Shown one piece after another: positions 1 to 12,815 of a DNA stretch of 64,000 nucleotides. The DNA comes from Octopus vulgaris. Its lineage: Eukaryota. A program made the translations under genes and the position numbers. The stretch spans positions 51,088,001-51,152,000 of the forward strand of contig OX597820.1 of assembly GCA_951406725.2 (NCBI GenBank), given 5' to 3'. The notes under the pieces are model-generated. The model did not search any database, was not told the DNA's origin, and worked only from the letters and a program-made list of their open reading frames with translations. Numbering within the stretch: the stretch's first letter is position 1; every line of letters starts with the position of its first letter.

Positions 1-311
1 CAAAAGCAGATTACAAGTGGCAGCGTGTATGAGAGAACGTGGGAGTATATGTATATGTACACCATTAGATTTTCTATGTGACTCCGTGCCAGTAGCGTTT
101 GTTTGACTTTCATTCTCCCTGACTTAATATCTGACGATTTAACGCATTGGTGTTAATCCTATTTATGAGTATTAAGATTTAACATCCATATATTTCTTCT
201 GTGATCAATAAATGCATTCCAAAATTTTGGATTTGGTTAGCAAGATTCTTGGTGTGAATACGTTTCTTGAAACAATTATTCTTGTGTGTAAGGACCTTAA
301 TTTTGTCTTAT

Positions 312-611
312 GTTTTACTTGTTTCAATCATTAGACTGTAGCTATGCTGCAGCATTGTCGAATGAATCGATCCTAATATTATTCTTTTAATGGTAGTACT
401 TATTTTATCAGCCAGTTTGGCGAACCGCTAAGTTACGTGAACGTAAACGTCCTAAAACCGGTAAGTGATGCTGGTAGAAGGATCCAACACAGACACAAAA
501 ATACACACTGAAAGACACACAGACGCACACACAAACAAACAAACAAACAAACAAACAAACGCATATAAGATGGGGTTCTTTCAGTTTCCTTCTAGCAAAT
601 TCACTCACAAC
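312..611 (-). mobile_element. SINE family 2 (internal CA/TA microsatellite type), 5'-truncated and degenerate
   Basis: Reverse complement of the 46781-47228 copy: tail ttttacttgtttcaatcatt, tagtacttatttt...gaaccgctaagttacg, CA-rich middle, ttctttcagtttcc..aaattcactcacaa. Confidence 0.75.
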
Positions 612-920
612 GGGGAAGTGTATACATATAAAAATTAAAGTAAACACACGCACTGATTCAGTGCTACTTCTATATTTTATAATTTAAATATTCAGTCAAT
701 ACATATTGAACAATGAACACACGTCATTGATAAGGTCACAAGTAGTGACAAAATGATTCTGACAGTGAAAACTACAGAAAAGAATTGAATAAGTAGTTGG
801 TGAACTGTAGCTATTGAACAAGTGTGTGTATGTTTATTTTAATTTTGATGCCATAATAACCCTCACTAGAAGCAACAAAATGTATTACGAAAATTATTCG
901 TTAAATGTATTTAACGGAAT

Positions 921-1168
921 TACGGAGATGTACTTGCATAGCGAGTGACTTGATCTGAGATCGTGTGCTGGAGCGAAAACAATTGCCGCGTGGAAGGTGT
1001 TTATAAGCCTTTTAAGAAACACACAAAACCGTTAGATTCACTTCAACATTTAAATTTAATTTGTCGAAGTATTTTCGTCGCTTTGACAGATTAAATTTAA
1101 ATGTTGAAGTGAATTTAACGGTTTTGTGTGTTTCTTAAATGGCTTATAAATACCTTTCACGCTTCAAA
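921..1168. mobile_element. Foldback element (Penelope pLTR-like, inverted) with 13-bp TSD
   Basis: Arms 988-1065 and 1085-1162 are near-perfect reverse complements; direct repeat tatttaacggaat at 908-920 and 1169-1181; second family member at 40419-40650. Confidence 0.8.
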
Positions 1169-2060
1169 TATTTAACGGAATATTCTACAAATAAAACATC
1201 CTGGATACTGATATCATAATATCAAGTTCTACATAAATGATTTTCTAGCTGAAATATTAGCTTACTGAATGATTATTTTAAACCGGACAATGATCACAGA
1301 GCACAGCAGGGATAATTCAAACGGTGGTAGCAGAGATGATATAGGCAAAAATGAGCAAAGAAAATGCAATGTGAATTAGAAATAAGACAGAAGGGTCAGG
1401 AACGAAAAGAAATACTCGACGTGAAAGAAAGAAATTAAATTAAATTTTAAAAAAACGCATGCGTGTGTGTTTGTGCGTGTGTATGCGTGTTTAAATCAAC
1501 ATGTAGTAGCATGTTAAGTTTTGTAAGTTCTTACAATAATTCTGTTGTGAGTTAACTAGACCTCTATCATTAGCTGAAACGCATTCTACGTAGCAAAATC
1601 CTGCAGTTTCATAAGTAGAGTGGACGAGGACCGCATATTTCAATGCATGCTTTCCTAGCATTGTCGTGTGTAAATGGCATCCAGGTTGGTTAGAACACAA
1701 CACTACTTTATTTCACAATCCTTAAATGACCCTTATAATTATTGGTATATTTCATATTCCAGTTGTACATGAGCTGCATTCAACACTGTTGATATTTGCC
1801 TTTCAATAATAGACACCAATCTCTGACTGAAAGGCAAGGCATTGCCAAGTCTGATCCTGACAAAAGGTTAATTCCATTACGCACATCAGGGCTTAAATTT
1901 TCAAAACAGGAAAAAGGCCGAATCTTATAGTGCTCTTACAAGAAGAGCCATACAATATATATTGTAGGTTAACAATGCTGATATGTTTGTGCATCTACGT
2001 ATATTTGTGTGTATGCGTATTTGTGTATGCATTACATAATCAACAAATGTGCTTTTTAAT

Positions 2061-2845
2061 GCGGCTGACCGGTTCGCGGAACACCTTCGTGACATCCACC
2101 TTTCGAACGACACACCGGTCTCACGCCATTTCCGCTCCACCGGTCACTCCTTGCAACACCTATCTGTGTTCGGTTTGTCCTTACACAGAGGCCATCCGGA
2201 TTCCCGTTTGCGCCGTGAACAGGAATTAATCTTCTCTCTTCGCTCTTATACGCCATTTGGTCTCAACTCTCCCCCTCCTCATCTAACCCCCCCTCTCCCC
2301 CCTCCTAACCTATCCTTTCCCCCCGACCCCTACTTCTTCAGTCCTTCATCCTTTTACCCCTACTCCCCTTCCCTTCTTCCCTCTTTCTCCCTCCCTCCTT
2401 CCCTCTTCCCCTTCCCTCTGCTCCCTCACTCCCTCACTCCCCTTCTCTCTCCCCCTCTCCCTCTTTCCTCCTTCTTCCCCCCTCATCCCCTTCCTTCTCC
2501 CCCTCCTCTCTCTCCCCCATCCTCTCATCTTCCCCCCTCTCCTCCCCCTCCCCCTCTTCTCCTCACTACACCACACGACTTTACACATCACATCATATAT
2601 AATGTGCCATACTAATACATACACCAACTAATACATACTAATACGTACTAATACATACTAATACATACTAATACATACACCAACCCTATACATACACACG
2701 TCCAGACCCCTCATACGCACTTATACTCTCTCATACACACACACACACACACTTATACATACTAATACGTACTAATACATAATAATACATACACCAACCC
2801 CATACATACCCACGTCCAGACCAATCCTACGCACTAATACTCTCT

Positions 2846-2884
<39 letters not shown>

Positions 2885-3251
2885 ATACATACTAATACAT
2901 ACACACGTCCAGACTCCCTCCTACGCACTATTAGCTGGTCCTTCAACCCTATTATCAACCCTATTATCAACCCTATTATCTCCCCTTATTTCGCTCTCGC
3001 GTCTCATGTTTGATCTTTGACCTCTGGCCGAAATCAGATCGCCATGTTGATTCGTTAGCTACTGCACGCATTTTTTTTTCTCTCCTTCTTTCTGTGTTTT
3101 TTTTCTCTCTGTGTATCTTTCTGTTGAAGAGCGTAGGCTCGAAACGTTAAAGACTTGTTTTATTTATATTTCCTGAGCACCATACTAATACAATTGTTCG
3201 TTTGTTTTCCACCTGCCTTCGTCTTTTGTCTATTTTCATAAAGCTTCCCGG
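2061..3251 (+). mobile_element. 5'-truncated Penelope-like retroelement: GIY-YIG endonuclease C-terminus, low-complexity 3' region and pLTR
   Basis: Translation RFAEHLRDI..PVSRHF..GHSLQHLSV..R..EQELIFSLRSYTPFGLN is the typical Penelope GIY-YIG C-terminus; C/T-rich tract 2268-2563, catactaata repeats; 3' end (3050-3251) is homologous to 25540-25692 and 40745-40930 and carries gaagagcgtaggctcgaaac. Confidence 0.85.
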
Positions 3252-6076
3252 TATATATATATATATATTACTAACATAAATACATTGCTAGAAGTGTGTG
3301 TGCACCTATGCACATAGACACTCTCACACACGTACATACATGCAATACATTCATAGTATTGAGGAGCGTTGTAGTTGGTTTGAAGCATTTTGTAGAGAAG
3401 TAGATAACCTTAAATGAGGAAATCTTTTAATAATGCAGAAATGAAAGTTGAAATACCCTTGATATATTTCAGGCGCAATGGTCCATCTTCAGAACCACAC
3501 ACTCAAAGAAATATGTGTCTATGTAGATTCTTCCATTTGGATAGCCAGATATGCAGTGACCTCATTTTAGTCCGGTGCGTGTGAAATAGCGTTAACCCGC
3601 ACGGGCACCGGATTTGTTATATATATATATATTAGTTTAGTATACGAGTGGGCGTGTGTGTGTGAGTGTGTGTGTCATGCTTATCAATCTCTCTTTCAGT
3701 ATATATTTATACATCATGCAAATATATGTGTGTGAGAGAGAGAGAGAGAAAGGACGTGAGTGTGTGTGTGTATGTGTGTGTGTGTGTATTTATGTATATG
3801 CACATACGCGTATTTATATACATATTTTGTATCTCATCGTAGAGGGAAGTGAATAATTACACCTTGTCACTCTTGAACTGATCTCATGCGTACATTAGTA
3901 ATAAGCTAATCTTAGAAATTTTCGAACGGACGTTTTTCACTTTGCATAAGAGAGTACAAGTTTGAAATGTATTTTTTGCATCATTTCTATAGAAATTATA
4001 TATTTCTTTCCTTGCTTCAACTTATGTCTAATATTCACCGAAGAATGTATGCGAATATACATACAAGACAAAATTGTAGTAATGTTTAGTATATTATTCC
4101 TGTTTTTACAATTGTGATTTTACTGATTACAGAGAAAATAGAATATGAAGGCAAAGTGAGAGATAGGGTGGAAGCAGTGTGAATATAAAAAAATGTAGGA
4201 ATGGGGCTACTAGACGGTTCTGCATCTATATGTACTTCTAGAATTTCGAAGGATCCACCGACCAGAATTTTATTGCCAACATAGTAAAGTGCACCTGGAA
4301 AGATAAAACACTACCCATTTCAGTACCCATGTCATGCAGCGATTTTGATCGAGTAATTGCAATCTCTCCCGTGCCAGGTTATCCTGTCGGTATTTTTCTT
4401 CAGCTACGCGAGCTGGTTGTTCATACTTGGAATTATCCAACATTAAATTGCATATTATTGACTTCATTCAGCCCACCAGAACGTTGCATCCAACATCTAT
4501 TGCAGTTATGCTATATCACAATGATTGTATATCCTCTAAGAGTCTTTTGTGTGATCTGCAAAATTTGCAAGTGTAGCTACCTGCGCAGCTGAAGGTATTT
4601 CTAATTGGACTACTATGTATAACAGTGGCTGTAAGATAGTACCCTGTGGAACACTACTCACTAATTATGTTTCCTTGTAGATGACTACATTTCACACTAC
4701 TGCCTGACTTTAAAAAGTCCTGTTGCCACTCTCTAAGTATTCCCACTATGCCGAATTACGCACCATGTCACAAATCATACCATATTCGAAGTTACCGAAG
4801 TCATTTGCAAAATAGAGATATATAACTTCCATATTTGTATTGTTGGTCATCTGCTTTAACACCCAGTTGTACGCCTATGATCAGTGTTAGGAGAATTCTA
4901 CTTGGTCGAAAACCACGCTGAGTATCAATCAGCGAGTCGTTCTCTTAAAGGAATATAACTAGTTTCCTTCAGACTATTTTTCCCATGATATTTTTAATGT
5001 GTGAGCATAGATGTTTAGAGCAACTGCTCTACAACTGGCTAGAGCATATTATTCACTCTTTTAGTTTTGCCTCTGAGATTGTTACTTGCAATGTAGATCT
5101 AAGTACCGGCAGCGATTTTGTAAAGGGCCGTTTGCATGATATGAGAAGGATTATTGAGAATCCATCAAATCAAGCAGCAGCTGAGTTTACGAAAATATTC
5201 ACACAACAAAAAGTAGAAGAAAAATGAAAAATAGATTTATCCTCAAACCCTTTCAATAGAATTCTTGACCATCCTTAAATTCATCACAAGATTCACACAC
5301 ACACACACACACACAGCTGAAGATATTGTGAATAGAAAAGTAAATTGCGACTTAAATCTGTAGAAATTTTGACACAAAAATAATTTCTTCCATAAAACAA
5401 TATGTCCATAAATAAATCTCACACAAAGACATGCACACAGACACATACGTAGAAACAGACAGACACACAAAATAAAGCAAAGAAGAATTTCTAAAATCGG
5501 CATTAGGATTTTCGACAATTTAGTACAACGTACATACACACAGCCGAATAGAAAAGAAATCTGCTTTTCAATTCAATAGTACTCTTTGACACTTGATCCC
5601 ATGAACCCCATTTCAATTCCCTATACAAACAACATATATAAGTGGAGAGAGTAAAATCATCAAACGTGTTCTTAACTACCCATAGTGTATGGGAGTAAAC
5701 TGATTTAGCTTCTAATTTTTAATTCTTGACATTTTAATATTTGATAAGATGAACATACACATCAGAACCGGTTATATTTTCCCAAAGTGAATTAATGTAA
5801 TAACTATAAGAATAGTTTTCCTATCCAATTAAAGAAAAAGAGTGAAAAGAATCTTTAAACCTACTTCCATACTTTATTCGTGTTACTTACAAAGACACAC
5901 ACATATGCGCGCACATATACACATACATGCACCCACATACGTGCACACATGGATACAGAAATATATACACATACAAACAACCAGACACAGACACACAATT
6001 ATACACACGCACTGAAAATTGGTGTTGTCTAGGTACCTAGAAGTTTCGCTTCGTCTATATATATATGGCTGGATCA

Positions 6077-6473
6077 AGGCGGCAAGCAGGCAGAAACATT
6101 AGCACGCTGGGCGAAATACTTAGCCGTATTTCGTCTGCCGTTACGTTCTGAGTTCAAATTCTGCCAAGGTCGACTTTGCCGGTCATTCTTTCGGGGTCGA
6201 TAAATTAAGTACCAGTTACACACTGGGGTCGATGTAATCAACTTAATCCGTTTGTATGTCCATGTTTGTCTCCTCTGTGTTTAGCCCCTTGTGGGCAATA
6301 AAGAATAGGTATTTCGTCTGCCTTTACATTCTGAGTTCAAATTCCTCCGAGATCGACTTTGCCTTTCATCATTTCGGGGTCAAGAAATTAAATACCAGTT
6401 GCGTACTGGGGTCGATCTAATCGACTGTCTCCTCCCCAGAATATTGGGCCTTGTGCTTAGAGTAGAAAAGAAT
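6077..6473 (+). mobile_element. tRNA-derived SINE family 1, full copy followed by a second partial copy with a different tail
   Basis: ggcggcaagcaggcagaaacattagcacg head, B-box-like gagttcaaattc, core gtcgactttg..tttcggggtcgataaattaagtacc; body restarts at 6309 (gtatttcgtctgcc). Confidence 0.9.
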
Positions 6474-7239
6474 ATGTATATATAGTCTTATAGTCGTGTG
6501 AACACGTATATACGTGGATGCAGGTATGCTTTTGTCTGCGTGCGTGTCTCCTTCAGTATTTCTACCTGTATAACAATGTGCATCGCATTAGAAAATCTAT
6601 TTAAAGTAGGAATGAAGGTGATATGATTCATATTTAACAAATCATTTAATCGAAATAAGCGAATTATCATCATTGCAACTAATTAAGTTTCCTTGTAACA
6701 CATAGTTTATCACTGTCTCTAAATTGACGTTGTTTCCTGTTTATTAAATTGCAATATTTTATTACTTTCAATTGTCTATATCCTTCAGGATCTATAACAT
6801 ATTTAATCCTGTTTATTGTGTGACGCAAAAGCAGGCTTCCTGTTCCGATAAAAGAGTGATTTAAAAAAAAATACTTCATATTTATTAGAATATAATTTAA
6901 ACACGTAGCCACCTTCGCTTTCAAATAATGCTTGATATATACTCAATGCAATTCACTATAAAGAGAGAAAAAATTATAGAATTCTAAGGAGACAGATGGT
7001 AAAGTTGTAGCTTAATTGTGAATCTTATACACTTTACGCATAAAAATTGGAGACTGGAAATGAAAATAATGGATGCACAACAGTATACTTTTTTTAATCC
7101 GATGTTTTATCAATATGTGAGAAATATATCGAAATATAATTTATATCCCTTATACTTTTAATAGGAAAGAAACAAAAAGGGAAGTTAAATGAGTTTATTT
7201 ATTGTTTTACGAAAGGAAAAATACTCCCTACCCCGAAAA

Positions 7240-7468
7240 ATTTCTAATACGTGAAGTTTCTGGAAAGTTACGGGCTTTAAGAATATCGCGAAAGATCTAC
7301 TTGGCGCCCAAATCTTTCGAGTTCTTTTACAAGCCTTAGAAAAACTGAGGGACTATTGCAATTAGTGTGTGGATCTTAGAGAGGAATATGTAGGATAAAA
7401 TCCTAATTAAGTGTTCCTCCTGTATTTTCTTTTACTCAAAGCCTGAAACTTTTCAGCACCCCCTCGTG
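7240..7468 (+). mobile_element. Mariner 3' relic (transposase C-terminus and right TIR)
   Basis: Degenerate ..LEKLRDYCN*CVDLREEYV-like C-terminus followed by aaacttttcagcaccccctcgt, a mariner-type terminus. Confidence 0.6.
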
Positions 7469-7525
7469 TATATTATATGAATGCAAGTGCAAACCATTCA
7501 AAGATATGTCAAAAAAATGTTGTCT

Positions 7526-7759
7526 ACTCTTTTACACTTTTACTTGTTTTAGCCATTTGACTGTGGCCATGCTGGAGCACAGCCTTTAGTCGAGCACATC
7601 AAACCCAGGACGTAATATTTGTAAGCCTAGTACTTATTCAATCGGTCCCTTTTGCTGAACCGCTATGTTACGGGGATATATACACACCAGCATCGGTTGT
7701 CAAGCGATGTTCGGAGGACAAATACAGACACACAAACATACACACAAACATACACACAT

Positions 7760-7846
<87 letters not shown>

Positions 7847-8013
7847 CATACGACGGTCTTCTTTGAGTTTCCGTCTACAAAATTCACTGACAAGGGTTTA
7901 GTTGGCCCCAGGCTATAGCAGAAGACACTTAACCAAGGTGCCACGCAGTGGGACTGAACCCGGAACCATGTTGTCGGTAAGCAAGCTACTTACACACTGC
8001 CACTCCTACGCCT
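7526..8013 (-). mobile_element. SINE family 2, full length, internal (CA)n(TA)n
   Basis: Minus-strand head aggcgtaggagtggcagtgtg..ggttccgggttcagtcccactgcgtggcacc; colinear with 46781-47228. Confidence 0.9.
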
Positions 8014-8677
8014 ATTTTAAATATTTTGTATATTTAAGTCATTTTTAAGTTCTATATTTCCTTTTACATCGAAAACATATATTCTTTATACTAATAATAT
8101 GGGACATATTTCTACTATACTGTAATCTATTACTACAAATCATTCAACTCATATGATTCAGAAATTAAAATGCTGAAAGCAAATCCGTCTACTTTGTGAT
8201 GTTACATTCTTCTCAAGCTTTATGTGTTTCACTGGTGTTCTTCTTTATATTAATATGCATTCGGAAGAAAAGCATAAACTGCATCAATTCCATTAATTTT
8301 CAGTAGAGGCCGATAAAATAAGGACGAGTTCAACACTGGCCGATTGTAGATGAATGAATGTGTGCAAAACTAGTTTAGCATTTTGAAATAGCATTTTTCA
8401 GCACTTTAACATCAGTGCAAATAAAGGTCAAGTGCTTGAAAGAGATCCAGCGAATATGGTCCAGCGAATAGCTTTTGACATATATCATAATTTGCCTTAT
8501 CAAATACATGAGGATTATTGAAGAACATTGGGTTTTCTTATACATTATTGCAGAATAAGGGTTTCGCAATAAAAACTTTCGTTTTGAACTACTATGCTCA
8601 TTGGTTAATTAATATTTTATCGAAAGAGAACGGACGTTTATACACTCATCAGTGATACACTTTAAACTGACCACCTT

Positions 8678-8921
8678 ATTTTATTTTTATTTATTTTTTA
8701 TTGCCCACAAGGGGCTAAACATAGAGGGGACAAACATGGACAGACAGACGGATTAAGTCGATTACATCGATCCCAGTGCGTAACTGGTACTTAATTTATC
8801 GACCCCGAAAGGATGAAAGACAATGTCGACTTCAGCGGAATTTGAACTCAGAACGCAGCGGCGGACAAAATACCACAAAGCATTTCGCCCGGCGTGCTAA
8901 CGTTTCTGCCAGCTCGCCGCG
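8678..8921 (-). mobile_element. SINE family 1 with 17-bp TSD
   Basis: Reverse complement of 61530-61757; TSD tttaaactg(a/g)ccacctt at 8661-8677 and 8922-8938; (tattt)n tail. Confidence 0.92.
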
Positions 8922-9529
8922 TTTAAACTGGCCACCTTGCCTTTCTGATTTTGCTTATCTTTCTCCTTTTACTACCTCTTATCCTTTCCCCACTTTCATC
9001 TTGCTACACCTATCACTACAGTATTCTCTATATATCCCCGTTTGTTTAAGTATTACAATACATGATATTGCCTATGCATATATCTTCCGGATATCAGATT
9101 ATCTTGCCAATGCATATATCCTACGGATATCAGTATATCTTGTGTATTTATTTATACATGCAACCATATATATGTGTGTGTGTGTGTACATCTCTATGTA
9201 TTTATATGCACCACAGATATGGGTATACGTGCATGTATACAGGTATATTCATACGAGTGCATAAGAGTAGATATTACAGTCACATGTACTTCTTTATTAA
9301 CTTATCCGTTACAGTGCATGTACGTTACCATATAAGCTGAACGGATAATTTCATTTCTACTCATATTGTCTATGTTCATATTTCTTGCATATATGTATGC
9401 ATGTTTATGAATATATATATGTATCTTATTTTATGTACGTATGTATATAAATGTAGGTGTGCTTGTGTGTGTGTGTGTGTGTGTATGCCTGTAATGGTTG
9501 CTGCATACATATATTTATATGCATGCGAG

Positions 9530-9606
<77 letters not shown>

Positions 9607-10275
9607 GTATTTGTTTCATGCATGGATATATATATATACCTCTACATTTTCCCCCTTAGCTTGTTCTCTCCAGCTTGCATATTTATTTATTTGTTTATTT
9701 ATTTATATATTCAATTATTTACTAAGTTGCCAACAGGAACTAAGTACTTGAAAGCATGCAATTTTCACGTGAACTTATAATTGTTTATATACTTTATACT
9801 AGAACAATCCCGAGAAATGTATTTATCATTGTAGATAGTATTTATATAGGTTATCGTCTTGATTATAAATATATTAATGAGTGTTGTGTTTTTATTGTAT
9901 TTGTCCAGAATCGCACCGGACGCGAGGGAGGAAAATAGTATATCAGTGGAGAAGTAGTAGAGCAATAGCCCTGATTGAGAAGGATGTAGAGCAAGTAATA
10001 GCAATGAGAGAAAGGAAGGGATGATTGATGAAGGGGTGAAAACAAAATCAGCGTTTCAACTCTGAGTCAGTAAATGTGTGTATGTGTGTGCGTGTACAAG
10101 GGAAGTATCTGAATGTATGTGAGATTATTATGTTTCTTATTTTGTACCTTATTTATATATAAAATAGTACACTTAGCTGTCATTATTGACGGCACGTGGT
10201 TAGCTAGTGCTTAATAAGTGCTAATGCTCAAGACAATCTTGCCTTGAGTTTCTCTCTCAGTCTCTCTGTCATGAC

Positions 10276-10665
10276 AATCGAAATTGAAAAGATGTGGCAT
10301 CTCAAGACGGTTACAATACCACTGATTGTAGGAGCACTTGGAACTGAAGGAACTGAAAATTAGTTAAGAATGATCCCTGCCTTACTATCGAAGCAGGAAG
10401 TGCAAAAGATTGTCCTCACTAGAACGTCACACGTATTTAGAAGAGCATTGTCGACGTGAATTTTCTTTCATTCAACCTCTTCATTTTCTCTATTTACATA
10501 TTTATATTTTATTTTTAAATTTTTTCTGTTTTCCTTCCCCTTTTTGTCTACCATATGACTTTGTAAATGAATAATGTGCTGCGCTTTTTAATGGCCTACC
10601 AACGTATACTGTACGTTTCTCTGCCCGAGGTGTCAGATAGAGAATCGGGAAGAAATGGAAACAGA
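10276..10665 (+). mobile_element. R4/Dong-like RLE retrotransposon 3' end (family B-like), decayed
   Basis: IEIEKMWHLKTVTIPLIVGALG..QEVQKIVLTRTSHVFRRALST*; 3' UTR aatggcctaccaac.. is homologous to the reverse complement of 23290-23375. Confidence 0.8.
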
Positions 10666-10831
10666 AGTGAAAGCAAAATACTAATGAAAATAGCATGAGA
10701 ACGATTCCGACAATTTTCCTTGTGCTAACCACTCCCCTTTGTGTGGAGCAGCAAGTTTTGAAATTCGTCGTAGCTTTCAAAGCATAGATATTGAAACATG
10801 CGAGAGTTCAAGGCATGAGGTTTGATTTTAT

Positions 10832-11670
10832 TCACGGCAGTGATGACTGTGTTTTTAGGGAATACTGAAGACAATGACCGGGGTTTCGTTCAACGGGATG
10901 TCGGTGAATCACGTAGTGCATCGTGAAAATATCAGGTAGACTGACTTTCATATAACTGATGAAGCCGCGATGAGAGCCAGTCATCGATGGTGCACCATCA
11001 GTTGCACAAGGTACAATATTATTCAGTGGGATGTCCTTTTTGTTAATAAAGCGTCTGACCACATTGAAAATGGATACACCCTTGGTATTAGTTTCCAGTA
11101 CTTTGGCAAAAAGCGGTTCTCGGCTTAAAGTTTCCTCTTTAAGAAAACGAACATATGCAAGGAGGAAGGAATCATTACCTGAAAAATAGACTCGTCCAAC
11201 CGCAAGCGGAATTCTATTTTCTTGAGAATTGTGCAGAGTTGGTTTCGACGTCTTCTGCAATTTCATCAACCCTCCTTTGGTCAGAGCTATTACTCAGAGG
11301 AATACCTTTCGCTCTGGTTCCTTGTGTATCACTGTCTTCAGGACGTCTTTTACAGCTGGTAGGATTACCTCTTCCCCTATTGTGAGAGGTTTGCCGGACT
11401 TCGCAATGAGAAGTTGTTATAAGAAGCGCACAAACCATCACTAGATTGACTGGTTGAACTGGGAAAAATCTTCCTATTGTTTCTCTCATATGAAAATTAT
11501 TTTTAAGGGATACAAAATAATTCAATTTTTTTCTGTTCCATCAGGTGGCATTTTATGCAAATGTTCCTGAAGCCTTGATGCTTTCATCGCTTCAATTGCA
11601 AATACCTGTTCAGAGAGAGGACAGAGTGGTTGCTGTTGGTTGTGTGGATCTTCAATAAACCCATACTACC
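10832..11670 (-). pseudogene. hAT (Buster / ZBED5-ZBED8 / GTF2IRD2-like) transposase relic
   Basis: Frameshifted pieces YGFIED..PLC..AMKASRLQEHL; IPLSNSSDQRRVDEIAEDVE; LLAYVRF..LFAKVLETNTKG..IF..ATDGAPSMTG..HYVIHR are conserved blocks of this family. Confidence 0.88.
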
Positions 11671-11837
11671 CCAAATCCGTTAGCCAATCAGCGTCGATTT
11701 GTATACGTTCCCATCAACCAGCAGTTCAGCAGAAGGGCCCAATGGAATAAGCACCAGGCACTAAATATGCATAAGTTCTGGGATTGATTTGTTCAAATAA
11801 TATATATATATATATTTATATATCCATACACTTTTTT

Positions 11838-11986
11838 CCCGCTTGCAGTTGGACGAGTCTACTTTGTCAAGTACTGATTCCCTCCACCTTGCGTATGTTC
11901 GTGTTGTTAAAGAGGAAGATTTATGCCGAGAACCGCTCTTTACCAGAGTACTACGGGTGAATCCATTTTCAATAAGGTTAAGAGCT
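11838..11986 (+). pseudogene. Second hAT/Buster transposase fragment, opposite orientation
   Basis: LQLDESTLSSTDSLHLAYVRVVKEEDLCREPLF..TTGESIFNKVK; homologous to 11060-11200 on the minus strand. Confidence 0.75.
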
Positions 11987-12170
11987 TTATTCTTTTATTC
12001 TTTTGCTTGTTTCAACCACTAGGTTGCGACCCCAGGCTTTAATACTATGAAATGGCTGGTACTTATTCTTTTGGACTCTATTGCCAAACCGCTCATTCAC
12101 AGGGACGTAAACCAGCTAACACCTGTTGTCTAGCCGTGTTAGGTGACAACTCTAGATACAAACACACAGA
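11987..12170 (-). mobile_element. SINE family 2, 3' half, degenerate
   Basis: ttcttttattcttttgcttgtttca tail, tacttattct..ttgccaaaccgct..gggacgtaaacc. Confidence 0.65.
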
Positions 12171-12684
12171 GGCGGAGATCTAGAATCCATCGTTCATTCA
12201 AGCTGAAGTTTCTTAGCTTTGATGAGGATTTTCGGAATTTTATTTTTACCACGGCTTTGAAAGTGATGCGGTTAATCATTTAATGATGTTGGGAGAAGGG
12301 ACGTCCTGAGGATCGGAGGAGAGTGTTTTCACAACTAAATTAAAAATATTCATGAATGTCCATTTCAAATCAATTTAAGTTAGAATGTTTAAAAAATTCT
12401 TTAGAAAATACTTGTACGAAATAAGTACAGAAAATGTTTCAGTCCAAAACAAAAGCAAACTTTAGAATTATATATTTTCGAAAAACAGACATGAATGTTT
12501 TCAAATACTTGAACCTCTGTCGAAAAAGCCTTTTTTTTAAAATTCTATATCCCTCTGTTAGCTGCTGCAATATTTCGATTTATCCAATCGAAATAATGCA
12601 ACAGCTAACTGTGAAATATAATAAAATTAAAAATGTATAGTCAAAATATCACAGATACAAAGTACGTGAAATAAATAGGGGCTG

Positions 12685-12815
12685 CATTAAGGGTGAACCA
12701 CTTGCAGAAAACAGCATGCTTGGAACCGCTCGAATACTCTGGAAGGCGCTCGAAAAGTGAGTGGTGTTACCTTACTTCACTGGTAGTGAACAGCTGACAC
12801 CGTATACATCTCATA
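12685..12815 (+). mobile_element. RLE non-LTR retrotransposon extreme 3' fragment
   Basis: EHLQKTACLEPLE/GTARILWKALEK*-like terminus (QK.A.LGTA.IL motif with a frameshift). Confidence 0.55.

Noticed and set aside
2268-2627. Pro-rich (+) and Gly/Arg/Glu-rich (-) ORF portions
   Set aside because: Low-complexity C/T tract in the Penelope 3' region; only the N-terminal ~70 aa of the plus ORF are real GIY-YIG sequence
4270-4600. MLDNSKYEQPARVAEEKY.. faintly like the start of an RTE apurinic endonuclease
   Set aside because: Too degenerate, with stops and no downstream catalytic motifs recognised
4985-5227. ORF ending DLSTGSDFVKGRLHDMRR..VEEK* as a terminal exon
   Set aside because: Weak acceptor and no recognisable homology
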